A stretch of 64,000 bases of DNA from contig CAUWGA010000001.1 in NCBI GenBank assembly GCA_963558245.1, forward strand, positions 82,588 through 146,587, written 5' to 3'. The notes below the pieces were generated by a model. It did no database searches. It had not been told where the DNA came from and worked only from the letters and a program-made list of their open reading frames with translations. This stretch comes from an uncultured Clostridia bacterium. GTDB taxonomy: Bacteria > Bacillota > Clostridia > TANB77 > CAG-508. The translations under genes were made by a program, and so were the position numbers. This document shows positions 9,706-19,440 of the stretch, one piece after another; positions within the stretch are counted from its first letter, which is position 1; every line of letters starts with the position of its first letter.

Positions 9706-10340
9706 TTTTCTTTCACCCCATATTCTTCTATCAAAAATTTTTTTACATTTTGAATGTCGCTCCTTGATACTTTAGTAGAATTACTTTCCTCTTGAACGTT
9801 TTTCTCACTTTCAGTGTTTTCTTTGTTTATTCTTGTATCTATTTCTTTTATTTTTTGTATTTGTGCTACTATTTTATTTTCTGTTATTTTATTTTGTTCT
9901 CCAGTATTTTCAGTTTCAAGATTCTTAGCTTTTTCTATTTTTAAAGTTATTTTATTTATTGTATTTTCTTCATTTTCACTATTTTTTACTATATTTGCAC
10001 TTACATTACATTTATTTACTTTATATCCTTGATTTTCAATTTTATCTATTATGTTTTTTTCTAATTCTTGTTCATATAAATCCTGTATTCTATTATCCAT
10101 ACTGGTTTGGTTTATAGTTTCGTTTTGAGTATTTATGTAATTCTCTATATCTATAGATGTTAAACTTAGTTTATTTTTATCGTTTATAAACGGAGATATT
10201 ATATTAAATAATATAAATATTCCCAAAATTACTCTTATATATTTTTTTGTTTTGTTATTAGGTAACAACATTTCAAATATTGATACTATAACAATCGTTA
10301 CTCCTAAACTTTTTGCCCATGAGCTTAAAAATTCAATCAT
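9687..10340 (-). CDS. spoIIIAF: Stage III sporulation protein AF
   Basis: 217 aa with two N-terminal TM helices (SWAKSLGVTIVIVSIFEMLLP). Operon position fits. Confidence 0.85.
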   Translation of the reverse strand: MIEFLSSWAKSLGVTIVIVSIFEMLLPNNKTKKYIRVILGIFILFNIISPFINDKNKLSLTSIDIENYINTQNETINQTSMDNRIQDLYEQELEKNIIDKIENQGYKVNKCNVSANIVKNSENEENTINKITLKIEKAKNLETENTGEQNKITENKIVAQIQKIKEIDTRINKENTESEKNVQEESNSTKVSRSDIQNVKKFLIEEYGVKEKCLEIN

Positions 10341-10351
10341 TATAATCCCCT

Positions 10352-11504
10352 TTATCTATACATCATTGCACCATTTGACATTTTAACTATCAGTGCTGTT
10401 CCTATAATTAGCATAAAACTTATTGCACATAAAATCCCTAAAAATATCTTAAATATATCTCCTATTTCATCCAATAAATTCGTTATTTTGGAATCTGAAA
10501 TTGACTGTGTTGCCACTGCAATAAGTTTATATGATATTGTCAGTATTGCAAGTTTTAAAATTGGCATTATACAAATTCCTATTATAATAATTACTCCAAT
10601 AATACCTACTGCATTTTTTAATATAATCCCACATCCTAAAACTGTATCTACAGCATCACCTAGTATTTTTCCAACTACTGGTATAGCTGAACTTACTACT
10701 GCTTTTGTAGTTTTTGCTGTAACTCCATCTACGCTACTTGACAAAGTTCCTTCTAAAGAAACTATCCCTACAAATAAAGTTAGTATAATTCCTAAAAACC
10801 ATACAATACCTGATTTTAAAAATTTAGCTAACTTGTCCACATGAATTTGGTCTGATATTTTAGATATTATTATTAAACTTGTAAATACTAATACAAGTGG
10901 AATTATTAGTGTTTGTATTATATTTCCTACGAAATTAACTAAAAACAATATAATAGGTTCTAACACTGTACTTGTAGTTATACTCCCTGTATATGCCATA
11001 AGCGTTATTAATAGTGGTATTAACATTTGCATAAATCCAACTAAATTACTTGCTGTATCTTGTACTAATTTAACAATATCTGAAAAGTTCATCATTATAA
11101 TCGTTATAATCATAATATATTGAACATAATATATTAGTTTTGTTATTCCATCATTCTCTAAGCTTTCGCCAATGGACTTTAAAATGGCATGAATAACAAT
11201 TATTACTAATATACTTCCTATTGCTTTTAAATTAGATGTTACCTCTGCTCCGAAATAAATTTATTATTCTTTTTATTATAGTTGTATTATCCACTTCACC
11301 TTTTATTGCACTATTTAATAAATCTTGTATATCAATTTCATCAAAAAATTCTCCACTATATTCTTTTGATTTTGTTATAAATTCATCAATTTTAAATTCA
11401 TCTTGCTGGCTTGCAATAGTTTCTTCTTCAGTATTTGCATATGTATAATTTATAGGTATTATTAAAGATATTATAAAGATTATTATTAATATTCTTTTTT
11501 TCAT
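10352..11504 (-). pseudogene. spoIIIAE: Stage III sporulation protein AE, interrupted by a single-nucleotide frameshift near 11248-11258 (or an assembly error)
   Basis: The track splits it into a 90-aa signal-peptide ORF (11232..11504) and a 253-aa polytopic ORF (10352..11113). I translated 11113..11247 in the downstream frame as FGAEVTSNLKAIGSILVIIVIHAILKSIGESLENDGITKLIYYVQYIMIITII with no stop. The two frames join at aatttatttcgga. Confidence 0.75.
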
Positions 11505-11514
11505 ATGTACTCCT

Positions 11515-11901
11515 TTATGGTAATATCTTTAGTATGATTTCTAACAAACTAGATATTATTGGAATTGACATAGATATTATGATAATTTTTGCTCCTATTT
11601 CCATTTTACTTGCAATAGCTGTTTCTCCTGCATCTTTGCATATACTCACTGCAAATTCTGATAAAAATGCAATACCTGTTATTTTAATCAGTAGCATTAA
11701 AAATGTATTATTTATAGATACTTTATTTGCTAATGTTTGAAGTAAATTTATAATCCCTGCTAAATCATCTATTACAAATAAAATAATTAAAATTCCTGTA
11801 AGCATACTTATATATATAGCAAATTCTGGTTTATATTGTTTTAACAATATAATTATGACTACAGCAACTAGGCCAATTCCAATAATTTTTACTATTTCCA
11901 T
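11515..11901 (-). CDS. spoIIIAD: Stage III sporulation protein AD
   Basis: Polytopic small protein. The likely start is MEIVKIIGIGLV (ATG at 11901), judged by analogy to SpoIIIAD N-termini. The track ORF begins 27 nt upstream at a GTG. Confidence 0.85.
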   Translation of the reverse strand: MEIVKIIGIGLVAVVIIILLKQYKPEFAIYISMLTGILIILFVIDDLAGIINLLQTLANKVSINNTFLMLLIKITGIAFLSEFAVSICKDAGETAIASKMEIGAKIIIISMSIPIISSLLEIILKILP

Positions 11902-11952
11902 TTTTATATCATTCCTTTCAAAAAGCACTTATTTTGCTAAAAAAGAATTAAA

Positions 11953-12147
11953 TTATAAATTAAAAATAGTTCTTACTGTATCAAATAATCCACTAATTTC
12001 TTTAATAACCATCGTCAAAACTATTACTAGCCCAGCTAAAGTTGTCATCATTGCTTGGTCTTCTCTGCCAGCTCTTACCAATACTTGATGTAAAACCGCC
12101 ACTAGAATTCCTATTGCTGCTATTTTGAATAATAAATTAATATCCAT
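11953..12147 (-). CDS. spoIIIAC: Stage III sporulation protein AC
   Basis: 64 aa with two TM helices (FKIAAIGILVAVLHQVL). Operon position fits. Confidence 0.88.
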   Translation of the reverse strand: MDINLLFKIAAIGILVAVLHQVLVRAGREDQAMMTTLAGLVIVLTMVIKEISGLFDTVRTIFNL

Positions 12148-12225
12148 AACTCCCCCTATTTACGATAAAACTAGCTTTATCCACTGTTATTTAATTTTTA
12201 TCTTTTTAAAATCAGAAATCTTATA

Positions 12226-12735
12226 TTAGGCTAAAACTATAACTATTGTTAATCCCATAATTGTTCCTAGCCTAGTATATAATTTCTCGTTCTTTTGTCT
12301 TAATATTATCGCTTCCTTTATTTGGCTTTCTAAAAAACTTTCTGTTATTTCTATTTGACTTATTTGACCTTCCGTATCTGTTTGTCCTAATAATTTTGAT
12401 AAAGTTTTTAATATTCTTTTATCTTCATCTTTCATATTGCATACTACTTCATCTATTGATTTTTCCCAAGCACTACTGGCACTTTCTTTTTGCATTTTTT
12501 CTTTTGCTAACGTAAATATTTGGCTTATATTTTCATTAGTATTTTTAGCAATTTCTTCAAAAACTTCTGGTATTGGTTCATATGTAAACTTAATTTTTGT
12601 TTTTAATATGTTTAATGCATTTTTCATTTCTTCTAATTCTTCTAATCGATATACATATTTTTTTGATAGAAATTTTCCTATTAATGTTGACGATAGAAGT
12701 ATAAAAAATAAAATTGTGTATTTTATCATTTGCAT
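12226..12735 (-). CDS. spoIIIAB: Stage III sporulation protein AB
   Basis: 169 aa with an N-terminal TM, a helical GspF-like body and a C-terminal TM. Operon position fits. Confidence 0.85.
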   Translation of the reverse strand: MQMIKYTILFFILLSSTLIGKFLSKKYVYRLEELEEMKNALNILKTKIKFTYEPIPEVFEEIAKNTNENISQIFTLAKEKMQKESASSAWEKSIDEVVCNMKDEDKRILKTLSKLLGQTDTEGQISQIEITESFLESQIKEAIILRQKNEKLYTRLGTIMGLTIVIVLA

Positions 12736-12857
12736 TTTATATACCTTGTCCTTTCTAAATAAATTTCTCTTTTTGCTTTATAATTTCTAATATTATATTC
12801 ACATCTTTTTTCATTTAGAACCAATTTTATAAATTTATTCATTTTTATTAATATTTA

Positions 12858-13727
12858 TTATAGAAAAATTATTTTTTCTATAGTTTTATTTTCTACAAGT
12901 TCATTTATATATGTATTTGCTTTTATATCATTTAAATTCCTTCCATGCATAGTAAAAATCCCTTTAACTCCTGAAAGCATAGCTTCTTTTATTGCCTGTA
13001 TATCTTCTTTTGAGCCTATTTCATCACATGCAATTACTTCTGGAGACATAGAACGAATCAACATTTTCATTCCTTTAGCTTTTGAAATATTTTCTATAAT
13101 ATCTGTTCTAATACCTACATTGTTTTGAGGAATACCTTGATACATTGCAGCTATTTCTCCTCTTTCATCAACTACTCCACAGTTTCTTCCTCTAAAATTA
13201 ATCTTTGGAATTCCATTACTAATATTTTTTATCAAGTCTCTTAACATTGTTGTTTTTCCTTTTCCTGGTGGAGACACTATTAAAGTATTATTAATTGTGT
13301 CGTTTTTTACATCTACAACCTGATTTAAAATGCTGTAACTACAATTTTCTACTTCTCTTGCTACTCTAAAATTCAAACTTGTTATATATTTTATATTTAT
13401 AATCTTTCCATTATCCATTACCGCACTTCCTGTAAGACCTACCCTATGTCCTCCTTTTATGGTTATAAAACCTTCACACATTTGATTTTTATACGCATAA
13501 ATAGAGTTATTACATAGTTTTTCTACTATTTGCAATATCTCTGTTTGGCTTATTTCATATTCTATTCCAACTTCTAATTTTCTTAATTTCAATATTATTG
13601 GTTTATTAACTCTTATTCTTATCTCTTGTAATTCTTGTTCAATTTTAGAATTTTGTATTGCTGTAGATTTCAGTAAATTATAAATATTAGAAGGAAAATA
13701 CCTATACAATTCTTCTAAATTATTCAT
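12858..13727 (-). CDS. spoIIIAA: Stage III sporulation protein AA (secretion-type ATPase)
   Basis: 289 aa with Walker A SPPGKGKTT and Walker B-like VIACDEIG. It is the first gene of the operon, with a GGAGG RBS. Confidence 0.9.
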   Translation of the reverse strand: MNNLEELYRYFPSNIYNLLKSTAIQNSKIEQELQEIRIRVNKPIILKLRKLEVGIEYEISQTEILQIVEKLCNNSIYAYKNQMCEGFITIKGGHRVGLTGSAVMDNGKIINIKYITSLNFRVAREVENCSYSILNQVVDVKNDTINNTLIVSPPGKGKTTMLRDLIKNISNGIPKINFRGRNCGVVDERGEIAAMYQGIPQNNVGIRTDIIENISKAKGMKMLIRSMSPEVIACDEIGSKEDIQAIKEAMLSGVKGIFTMHGRNLNDIKANTYINELVENKTIEKIIFL

Positions 13728-13743
13728 TTTATCCTCCGTTCTG

Positions 13744-13776
13744 ATGTCTAATTGGGGACAGGTCCAAAGTGGACAT
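13744..13776 (-). repeat. GTCC/GGAC palindromic element, copy B (33-nt form)
   Basis: Minus-strand reading is ATGTCCACTTTGGACCTGTCCCCAATTAGACAT, about 90% identical to copy D. It ends 3-4 nt before the spoIIIAA SD. Confidence 0.85.
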
Positions 13777-13777
13777 C

Positions 13778-13810
13778 AAAAAAAGCATATACTATATAAT
13801 ATATGCTTTC
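13778..13810 (-). terminator. Rho-independent terminator after the 558-aa gene
   Basis: Stem gcatata / tatatgc plus flanking A:T pairs, followed on the minus strand by a T7 run. Confidence 0.7.
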
Positions 13811-13830
13811 TTTTATTTAATTAGAACTTT

Positions 13831-15507
13831 TTATTTAGGATTTATTACTGCTCTATATATAATTCCTGTTTCTTGGTCTTTTTCAAATTCTACCCTATAA
13901 TATGCATCTGTTTTTATATCTTCTTTTAAGAATGCTATGTTTTGAATACTTGCTTCATATTCTTCACCATTAAAGTTTATTTCTTTTATTTGTCTATTTT
14001 CTGTATTTTCATTATTTAGTCCTATCGTAGTTAATAATCCTTTTACTGTAACTCCTTGTAAGTTTGTACTTTGATAAACTTCAAACTTTTTGTTAAATGT
14101 ATTTACATCTTCTTCACTTACTTTTGAGCCATTTATATTTTTTATTAATTCTGAATAGCTACCTAATGATGGTACTAAATAATAAATCGGATTTTCATTT
14201 TCAGATATTCCTAATTTTGATATATGCATAGCATTTACTTCTTTTATTCTTTGATTTACTTGTTCTAAAAACGATGTTACTGCTTCTGGTTCATATTGGC
14301 TTAATATTAAACTATTATCAGATGTAAATTCTTCCATATTTGCTTCTGATGTAAATTGAACATTATTTGCTATTTCATAAACATATGTGTTTTCTGAATT
14401 TTCTATTCCTAATTGATAATTTTCTTTTATTTCTCCATTTAAGTTTAGTCCTTCAAAGACTACTTTAATAGTTATTTTCATATTTTCATCATTATATATA
14501 GAATTCATTGTAATATCATATTCTGCTTTATTTTTATCTGATAATTTTTGTATATCCAAATTAAAGTTATTTGTTGATATTACTATTTTTTTAGTTTTTC
14601 CACCATCTTTATATACTATAATACTAAAACTTTCATTTTGCATATCAATATTACTAGTTAAATTAGTAATTGCTTCTTCTATTTGCTTTTTCGTAATTTT
14701 AATAGAATTTTTTTGTGCCTTTAAATATTCATTTATTTTATTTAAGGTTTCTTCATCATTACTAAGTGTTTCTAATATTTGTATTAATGTATTTTTTATA
14801 TCGTCCCCTACTAATTCTAGTTTGTATCCTGTACCATTTGAATCACTTAGCTTAGAAAATTTGTCTTCACTTATTTGATTTATTATTACTGAATAATTAT
14901 TTTTTATTCTATTCATATCTTCTTCTGAAAATGGATTTTTCATTAAGTTTTCAATTGTAGAACCAATATTAGAACTGTTTTGAATTTCATTTTGAGAATT
15001 TTTTTGTTTGTTTTCAATAACATTTGTATTATCCCTATTAAAAACTATATATTTAGGAGACAAATAATCTGATTTAATTCCATATTCATTTTCTATGCTT
15101 TTATAAATAAATGGTAATTTCACGTCATTTGAATAATTAATACTTATATTTTGTTCACTTTTTTGATTAGGATTATCTATTTTTCCTTCAGAAGTAATTG
15201 TAAATTTATTAACATTTTCCAATTTTTGATTATCAGAACTTGAATTAGCAGTTACTCTGAAATCACTTTTATTAGTATAAGTTTTTTCTTTCTTTTGAGC
15301 TAAATATGTTTTTAAATCATTATTAATAAATCCATCTTCTTTATTTGAAATTTGTGTCACATATTTAATAAATAAATTTTTATTACTTTTAAATAAATCT
15401 GTTGCTACATACACTATTCCTATTCCTGATAATACAATTATAATAGAAACAATTATGATTAAAATAACTAATAACTTATTTTTCTTTTGATTCATATTTA
15501 CTCTCAT
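13831..15507 (-). CDS. Hypothetical membrane-anchored protein (N-terminal TM, large N/K/E-rich extracytoplasmic part)
   Basis: 558-aa uninterrupted ORF in an AT-rich genome, with a single TM (LLVILIIIVSIIIVLSGIGIVYV). I recognise no motif. Confidence 0.6.
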   Translation of the reverse strand: MRVNMNQKKNKLLVILIIIVSIIIVLSGIGIVYVATDLFKSNKNLFIKYVTQISNKEDGFINNDLKTYLAQKKEKTYTNKSDFRVTANSSSDNQKLENVNKFTITSEGKIDNPNQKSEQNISINYSNDVKLPFIYKSIENEYGIKSDYLSPKYIVFNRDNTNVIENKQKNSQNEIQNSSNIGSTIENLMKNPFSEEDMNRIKNNYSVIINQISEDKFSKLSDSNGTGYKLELVGDDIKNTLIQILETLSNDEETLNKINEYLKAQKNSIKITKKQIEEAITNLTSNIDMQNESFSIIVYKDGGKTKKIVISTNNFNLDIQKLSDKNKAEYDITMNSIYNDENMKITIKVVFEGLNLNGEIKENYQLGIENSENTYVYEIANNVQFTSEANMEEFTSDNSLILSQYEPEAVTSFLEQVNQRIKEVNAMHISKLGISENENPIYYLVPSLGSYSELIKNINGSKVSEEDVNTFNKKFEVYQSTNLQGVTVKGLLTTIGLNNENTENRQIKEINFNGEEYEASIQNIAFLKEDIKTDAYYRVEFEKDQETGIIYRAVINPK

Positions 15508-15577
15508 TCCTTCCTAGCGGTATTCATTTCGCCAAGAAAAATTGTAATTCTTTTTTTATTTTATTGCATTTAAAAAA

Positions 15578-16297
15578 TTATTCTTCCCAGTTATGATATA
15601 TATTTGCAACATCATCTAATTCTTCAAGTTTTTCAATAAGTCTTTCCATTTTTTCAGTTCCTTTTTCATCAAGGCTAACTGTTGTTGATGGTATCATTTG
15701 AATATCTGCTTCTAAGAATTCAAATCCTTCTTCTTCTAATTTTTCACGAACAGCTGTAAAGTTTTCTGGCTCTGTTGTGATTTCATATATTTCTTCTGAA
15801 GTTTCAAAATCTTCTGCTCCTGCATCTAATGCAAGCATCATTAATTCTTCTTCATTCATTTTTGAAGTTTCTTTTTCTATAATAATTACACCTTTTTTGT
15901 TAAACATATATGATACACATCCTGTTGTTCCTAAGTTTCCTCCTGCTTTATCAAAAACATGTCTAACATCTGCTGCTGTTCTGTTTTTATTATCTGTAGA
16001 TGCTTCAACTATAACAGCTACTCCATTTGGTCCATATCCTTCATATACTATTTCTTCATAATTTTCATTACTACTTGATGCTTTTTTTATCGCATTATTT
16101 ATTGTATCATTTGGCATATTAGCTGCTTTACATTTAGCAATTACATTTTTTAATTTTGAATTTCCTGCTGGGTCTGGTCCACCTTCTTTTACTGCAATTA
16201 ATAGTTCTCGTCCTAATTTAGTAAATACTTTTCCTCTTGCTGCATCAGCTTTTCCTTTTTTGGCTTGTATGTTGTGCCATTTTGAATGTCCTGACAT
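15578..16297 (-). CDS. yebC: YebC/PmpR family DNA-binding transcriptional regulator
   Basis: Begins [38 protein letters not shown] lies 7 nt before the ATG at 16297. The first 16 codons of the track ORF are leader. Confidence 0.92.
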   Translation of the reverse strand: MSGHSKWHNIQAKKGKADAARGKVFTKLGRELLIAVKEGGPDPAGNSKLKNVIAKCKAANMPNDTINNAIKKASSSNENYEEIVYEGYGPNGVAVIVEASTDNKNRTAADVRHVFDKAGGNLGTTGCVSYMFNKKGVIIIEKETSKMNEEELMMLALDAGAEDFETSEEIYEITTEPENFTAVREKLEEEGFEFLEADIQMIPSTTVSLDEKGTEKMERLIEKLEELDDVANIYHNWEE

Positions 16298-16349
16298 TGT
16301 TAATTCCTCCTTCTTATTTAATGTTATATCACTTAAAAAAGTCATTTGA

Positions 16350-16378
16350 ATTATATCACATTTTTTATTTTTTGTGTA
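16350..16378 (-). promoter_or_regulatory. Candidate promoter with extended -10 (TGaTATAAT) for yebC
   Basis: Minus strand reads tacaca-17-tataat, preceded by TGa. Confidence 0.45.
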
Positions 16379-16592
16379 GTTTTTTTATAAAATTTATGCT
16401 TTGTGCAAAATTAAATAAGTTCCCTCTCATCGATATCTAAAAACATTTATCTTCATTGTGAAATTTTATCTTGTAATTTCTCCAAACTCGGCATTATACT
16501 GCATATCATCTTTCATTTTTACTGCTGTAATCCTAGCACAAACTTTACCAATAGCAATATTATATAAGCCTACATGTAATTTGTATGGATGA

Positions 16593-17168
16593 TTATTGGT
16601 TTTCATACCATTTTGCAAATTCCTGCATCGCTTGTACTGACCCATCAATTTTTCTTCTATTTTCTCTTTCTTCTAAATCCATTTCAGCTAATGTTTTATT
16701 AAATCCTTTTGGCTTAAATATATACCATAAATCCGACCATTTTTCTTCTCTGTCTAATCCTTGTATTTTTTCTGATAAGTTTCCAGGATGTTTTCCATAA
16801 AAATAATGAATATCTTTCCCATCATGATAAGCTAAACACTCATTAAATGCACATTTTCTGTTTTCTTTTCCTTCCATTAGTTTTAAAATTCCATTTATTC
16901 CTATTGTATCTAATGAAAAATTTACAAATGCTCTAGGAAATCCATTTAACTCTTCAATCCTAAAATCTGTATCTAAAGCTATACAAGGTTTTTTTACTAT
17001 TTCAAAAGCCTCTTTTACTTTTGCAGTTGCTATTTCTTTTATATCATCACTTCTTGTTTCTTCTAATTCATAATTAAATGTACTAAATTTTAAATTTTTA
17101 AAATATTTTTCTGCTGATTTTATTTTTCCTGTATTATGTGTTACAAAAATAATTTCATTCTTATTCAT
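16593..17168 (-). CDS. Ham1/RdgB-like non-canonical purine NTP pyrophosphatase family protein
   Basis: 191 aa. N-terminal IIFVTHNTGKIKSAE and central DTDF...GFPRAF resemble ITPase-family motifs, with an atypical C-terminal extension. Confidence 0.65.
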   Translation of the reverse strand: MNKNEIIFVTHNTGKIKSAEKYFKNLKFSTFNYELEETRSDDIKEIATAKVKEAFEIVKKPCIALDTDFRIEELNGFPRAFVNFSLDTIGINGILKLMEGKENRKCAFNECLAYHDGKDIHYFYGKHPGNLSEKIQGLDREEKWSDLWYIFKPKGFNKTLAEMDLEERENRRKIDGSVQAMQEFAKWYENQ

Positions 17169-17392
17169 ATTAATATAATCACTCCTATATTTTACACATC
17201 TAGCAGTTTGTAAAACTCTGAAAGCATTACAAATACTAGCTTTTTAAATTTATAAATCTATTGAATCACTCCACTTTTTGGTATATAATTGACATTGTTA
17301 CTTACCAATAATGTACTAAATAGATAATTACATCATTTTTAAGTAAAAACTAAAAAACGAAATTATAATAAAATCCATTTTATAGCTTTCAA

Positions 17393-18031
17393 TTAATCTA
17401 TCTGTTCTAAATTAATCAATTCATTTTTTCTAAAAGTCAACTTTAATAGACATGGTGATTTTATGTTTAATATTGTATTTTGGTTATAGACAAGTTTAAC
17501 ATTTTCATTTACTGTACACCAATTTAATAAAAAGAACTTTATTGAACCTCCATGACTAATTACTGCAATTCTTTTTCCTTCATATTCTTTAAGTATTTTA
17601 TCAAAAAATTTATTCATCCTTTCTCTTGTTTGTTCTGCACTTTCTCCATCAGATGTTCTAAATGTTCTATCTAACAGTTGCTCTTGCGAAGGGTCTCTTG
17701 TACTTTTATCCTTCATAAATTCTCCTAATTCTTTTAAATTTCCTAATTTTCTTTCGCTTAAGTTGTTATCCATATTAAAAGGCAAATTATTTGCTTTCGC
17801 AATATATTTGGCTGTTGCCTTAGCTCTAGTATAGCTACTTGACCATATAATATCTAAATTTTTCAATTCGTCATTTTCACTTATTTTTTTTGCTTGTTCT
17901 TCTCCTTCTACTGATAATATTTCTTTCTCATTAATGATTTGAGGATCTTCATTTGTATTTCTAACACCATTTTCGTCAACAGTTTCAGCATGTCTCACTA
18001 AATATATTATTGTATCATTCACTTTATCCAA
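17393..18031 (-). CDS. Histidine phosphatase (phosphoglycerate mutase-like) family protein
   Basis: 212 aa with motif LVRHAET and a downstream ISHGGSI. Starts at TTG with an AAGGAG RBS. Confidence 0.8.
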   Translation of the reverse strand: MDKVNDTIIYLVRHAETVDENGVRNTNEDPQIINEKEILSVEGEEQAKKISENDELKNLDIIWSSSYTRAKATAKYIAKANNLPFNMDNNLSERKLGNLKELGEFMKDKSTRDPSQEQLLDRTFRTSDGESAEQTRERMNKFFDKILKEYEGKRIAVISHGGSIKFFLLNWCTVNENVKLVYNQNTILNIKSPCLLKLTFRKNELINLEQID

Positions 18032-18102
18032 ATCTCCTTTTTTTATTATAAAAATATAATCTATATTACTTAATCAAATATTTATTATGACCCTCCTTCT
18101 TT

Positions 18103-19269
18103 TTAGTTACCATTACTAGACATAAAATATGTAGCTGCAGGTATTTCATTATTAATAGTATTTTTATCTAATTTTATTTTTATAATATCTAATGTTACAT
18201 CTTTTAATTGTTCTACACTATTAATTCCACCTTTACACTCTATTACGGTATTTGAATTAATTTCCACTTTCATTTCAAATTTTTCGCTGTCTACGTTATA
18301 GTTCGGTAATAAGTCGTCAAATGTTATAGTTAATATTGCTTTATTTTTATTTATTATTTCCATATTTATTCCTACTGGAGAAACTGTTGTATAAATTGGT
18401 TTTTCCAACGAAAAGTTTTTAATTAGTTCACGTCTTAATTCTTCTCCTTTTATATTACTTAATATACTAATTACATTTGATTTTGAATATGTATATGTAT
18501 CTATATAATAGCCAACTTTTATATCATTAAAATTCATTTCTTCATTTGTTCTTCCATTTATATAATTAAAATCATTTTTATTTATACAATATTCATTATT
18601 AGAAAAATATATATTATTTTCATCTATATTATTTACTATTCCAGAAAAATACGATTCACTATTTATTACTTTATCAGTTATATCTTGCAGTCCATTTTCA
18701 GAATTATTAAACTGTTTATCTGCTTTGTTACTTGTGTTATCAATTGTATTTATAATATTACCATTTTCGTCATAATATTTTGCACTTATAACAGGATAAT
18801 TATAGCCATGTTTATTTTCTATTGGATCAAATCCGCCTTCACCATAATATTCTTCAATTCTAAGTTCCTTACCTTTTGTAAGAAAACTCTTATAATCATA
18901 ATATCTAACATATGTCTCCATAAATCCATGTACATATGCAACCATTTTTTTGCCGTCTTTTATAACAACATGTTCTTCCTCGTATCCTATCGAGCAAAAA
19001 ATAAAAGTATAAAAAGCACAAGGTATTAATATAATTATAAATACTATACTTGTTAATATTTTTATAATTTTATTATTTATTTTGCAAATTAATTGGATTA
19101 TTGCAATAATAAATCCTATAGCAATTAAGATAAATGACAATATAAGTACCCATTCTCTGTAATTCATATTAAAAATATTTAAAATTGAATCTGTCGTTAT
19201 CAAAATACATACATATATAATCGTATATAATAATGCATTTTTTCTTAATTTTTCAAAGATATTTTTCAT
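18103..19269 (-). CDS. Hypothetical polytopic membrane protein with an extracytoplasmic C-terminal domain
   Basis: 388 aa with 3-4 N-terminal TM helices. No motif recognised. Confidence 0.55.
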   Translation of the reverse strand: MKNIFEKLRKNALLYTIIYVCILITTDSILNIFNMNYREWVLILSFILIAIGFIIAIIQLICKINNKIIKILTSIVFIIILIPCAFYTFIFCSIGYEEEHVVIKDGKKMVAYVHGFMETYVRYYDYKSFLTKGKELRIEEYYGEGGFDPIENKHGYNYPVISAKYYDENGNIINTIDNTSNKADKQFNNSENGLQDITDKVINSESYFSGIVNNIDENNIYFSNNEYCINKNDFNYINGRTNEEMNFNDIKVGYYIDTYTYSKSNVISILSNIKGEELRRELIKNFSLEKPIYTTVSPVGINMEIINKNKAILTITFDDLLPNYNVDSEKFEMKVEINSNTVIECKGGINSVEQLKDVTLDIIKIKLDKNTINNEIPAATYFMSSNGN

Positions 19270-19320
19270 TATACTATCTCCCTATCTAAACTATATCTTA
19301 CTAATTAATGTTATAATATC

Positions 19321-19362
19321 ATAAAAAGAAAAATTACTCTATATTTTCATATAAAGTAATTT
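19321..19362 (-). terminator. Rho-independent terminator after the MacB-like ABC gene
   Basis: 14-bp stem aaattactctatat / atataaagtaattt (one wobble) with a 4-nt loop, followed on the minus strand by tttcttttt. Confidence 0.7.
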
Positions 19363-19440
19363 AATAATTATTCTAATATTTATTAACTGCTATGCCATTA
19401 TTTAAATAAATTTTTATTCGTATTGTATAAATGTTTTTTA

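Noticed and set aside
12736-12857. 29-codon ORF (MNKFIKLVLNEKRCEYNIRNYKAKREIYL) in the gap between spoIIIAA and spoIIIAB
   Set aside because: It has no RBS, is very short, and its composition is typical of random AT-rich sequence.
16466-16648. 60-aa ORF (or a 46-aa version from ATG 16606) just downstream of the Ham1-like gene, in a 295-bp gap before yebC
   Set aside because: It overlaps the Ham1-like stop region out of frame. It has no convincing RBS or promoter, and I recognise no family. It may be a gene fragment or nothing. The gap's only solid feature is the yebC promoter.
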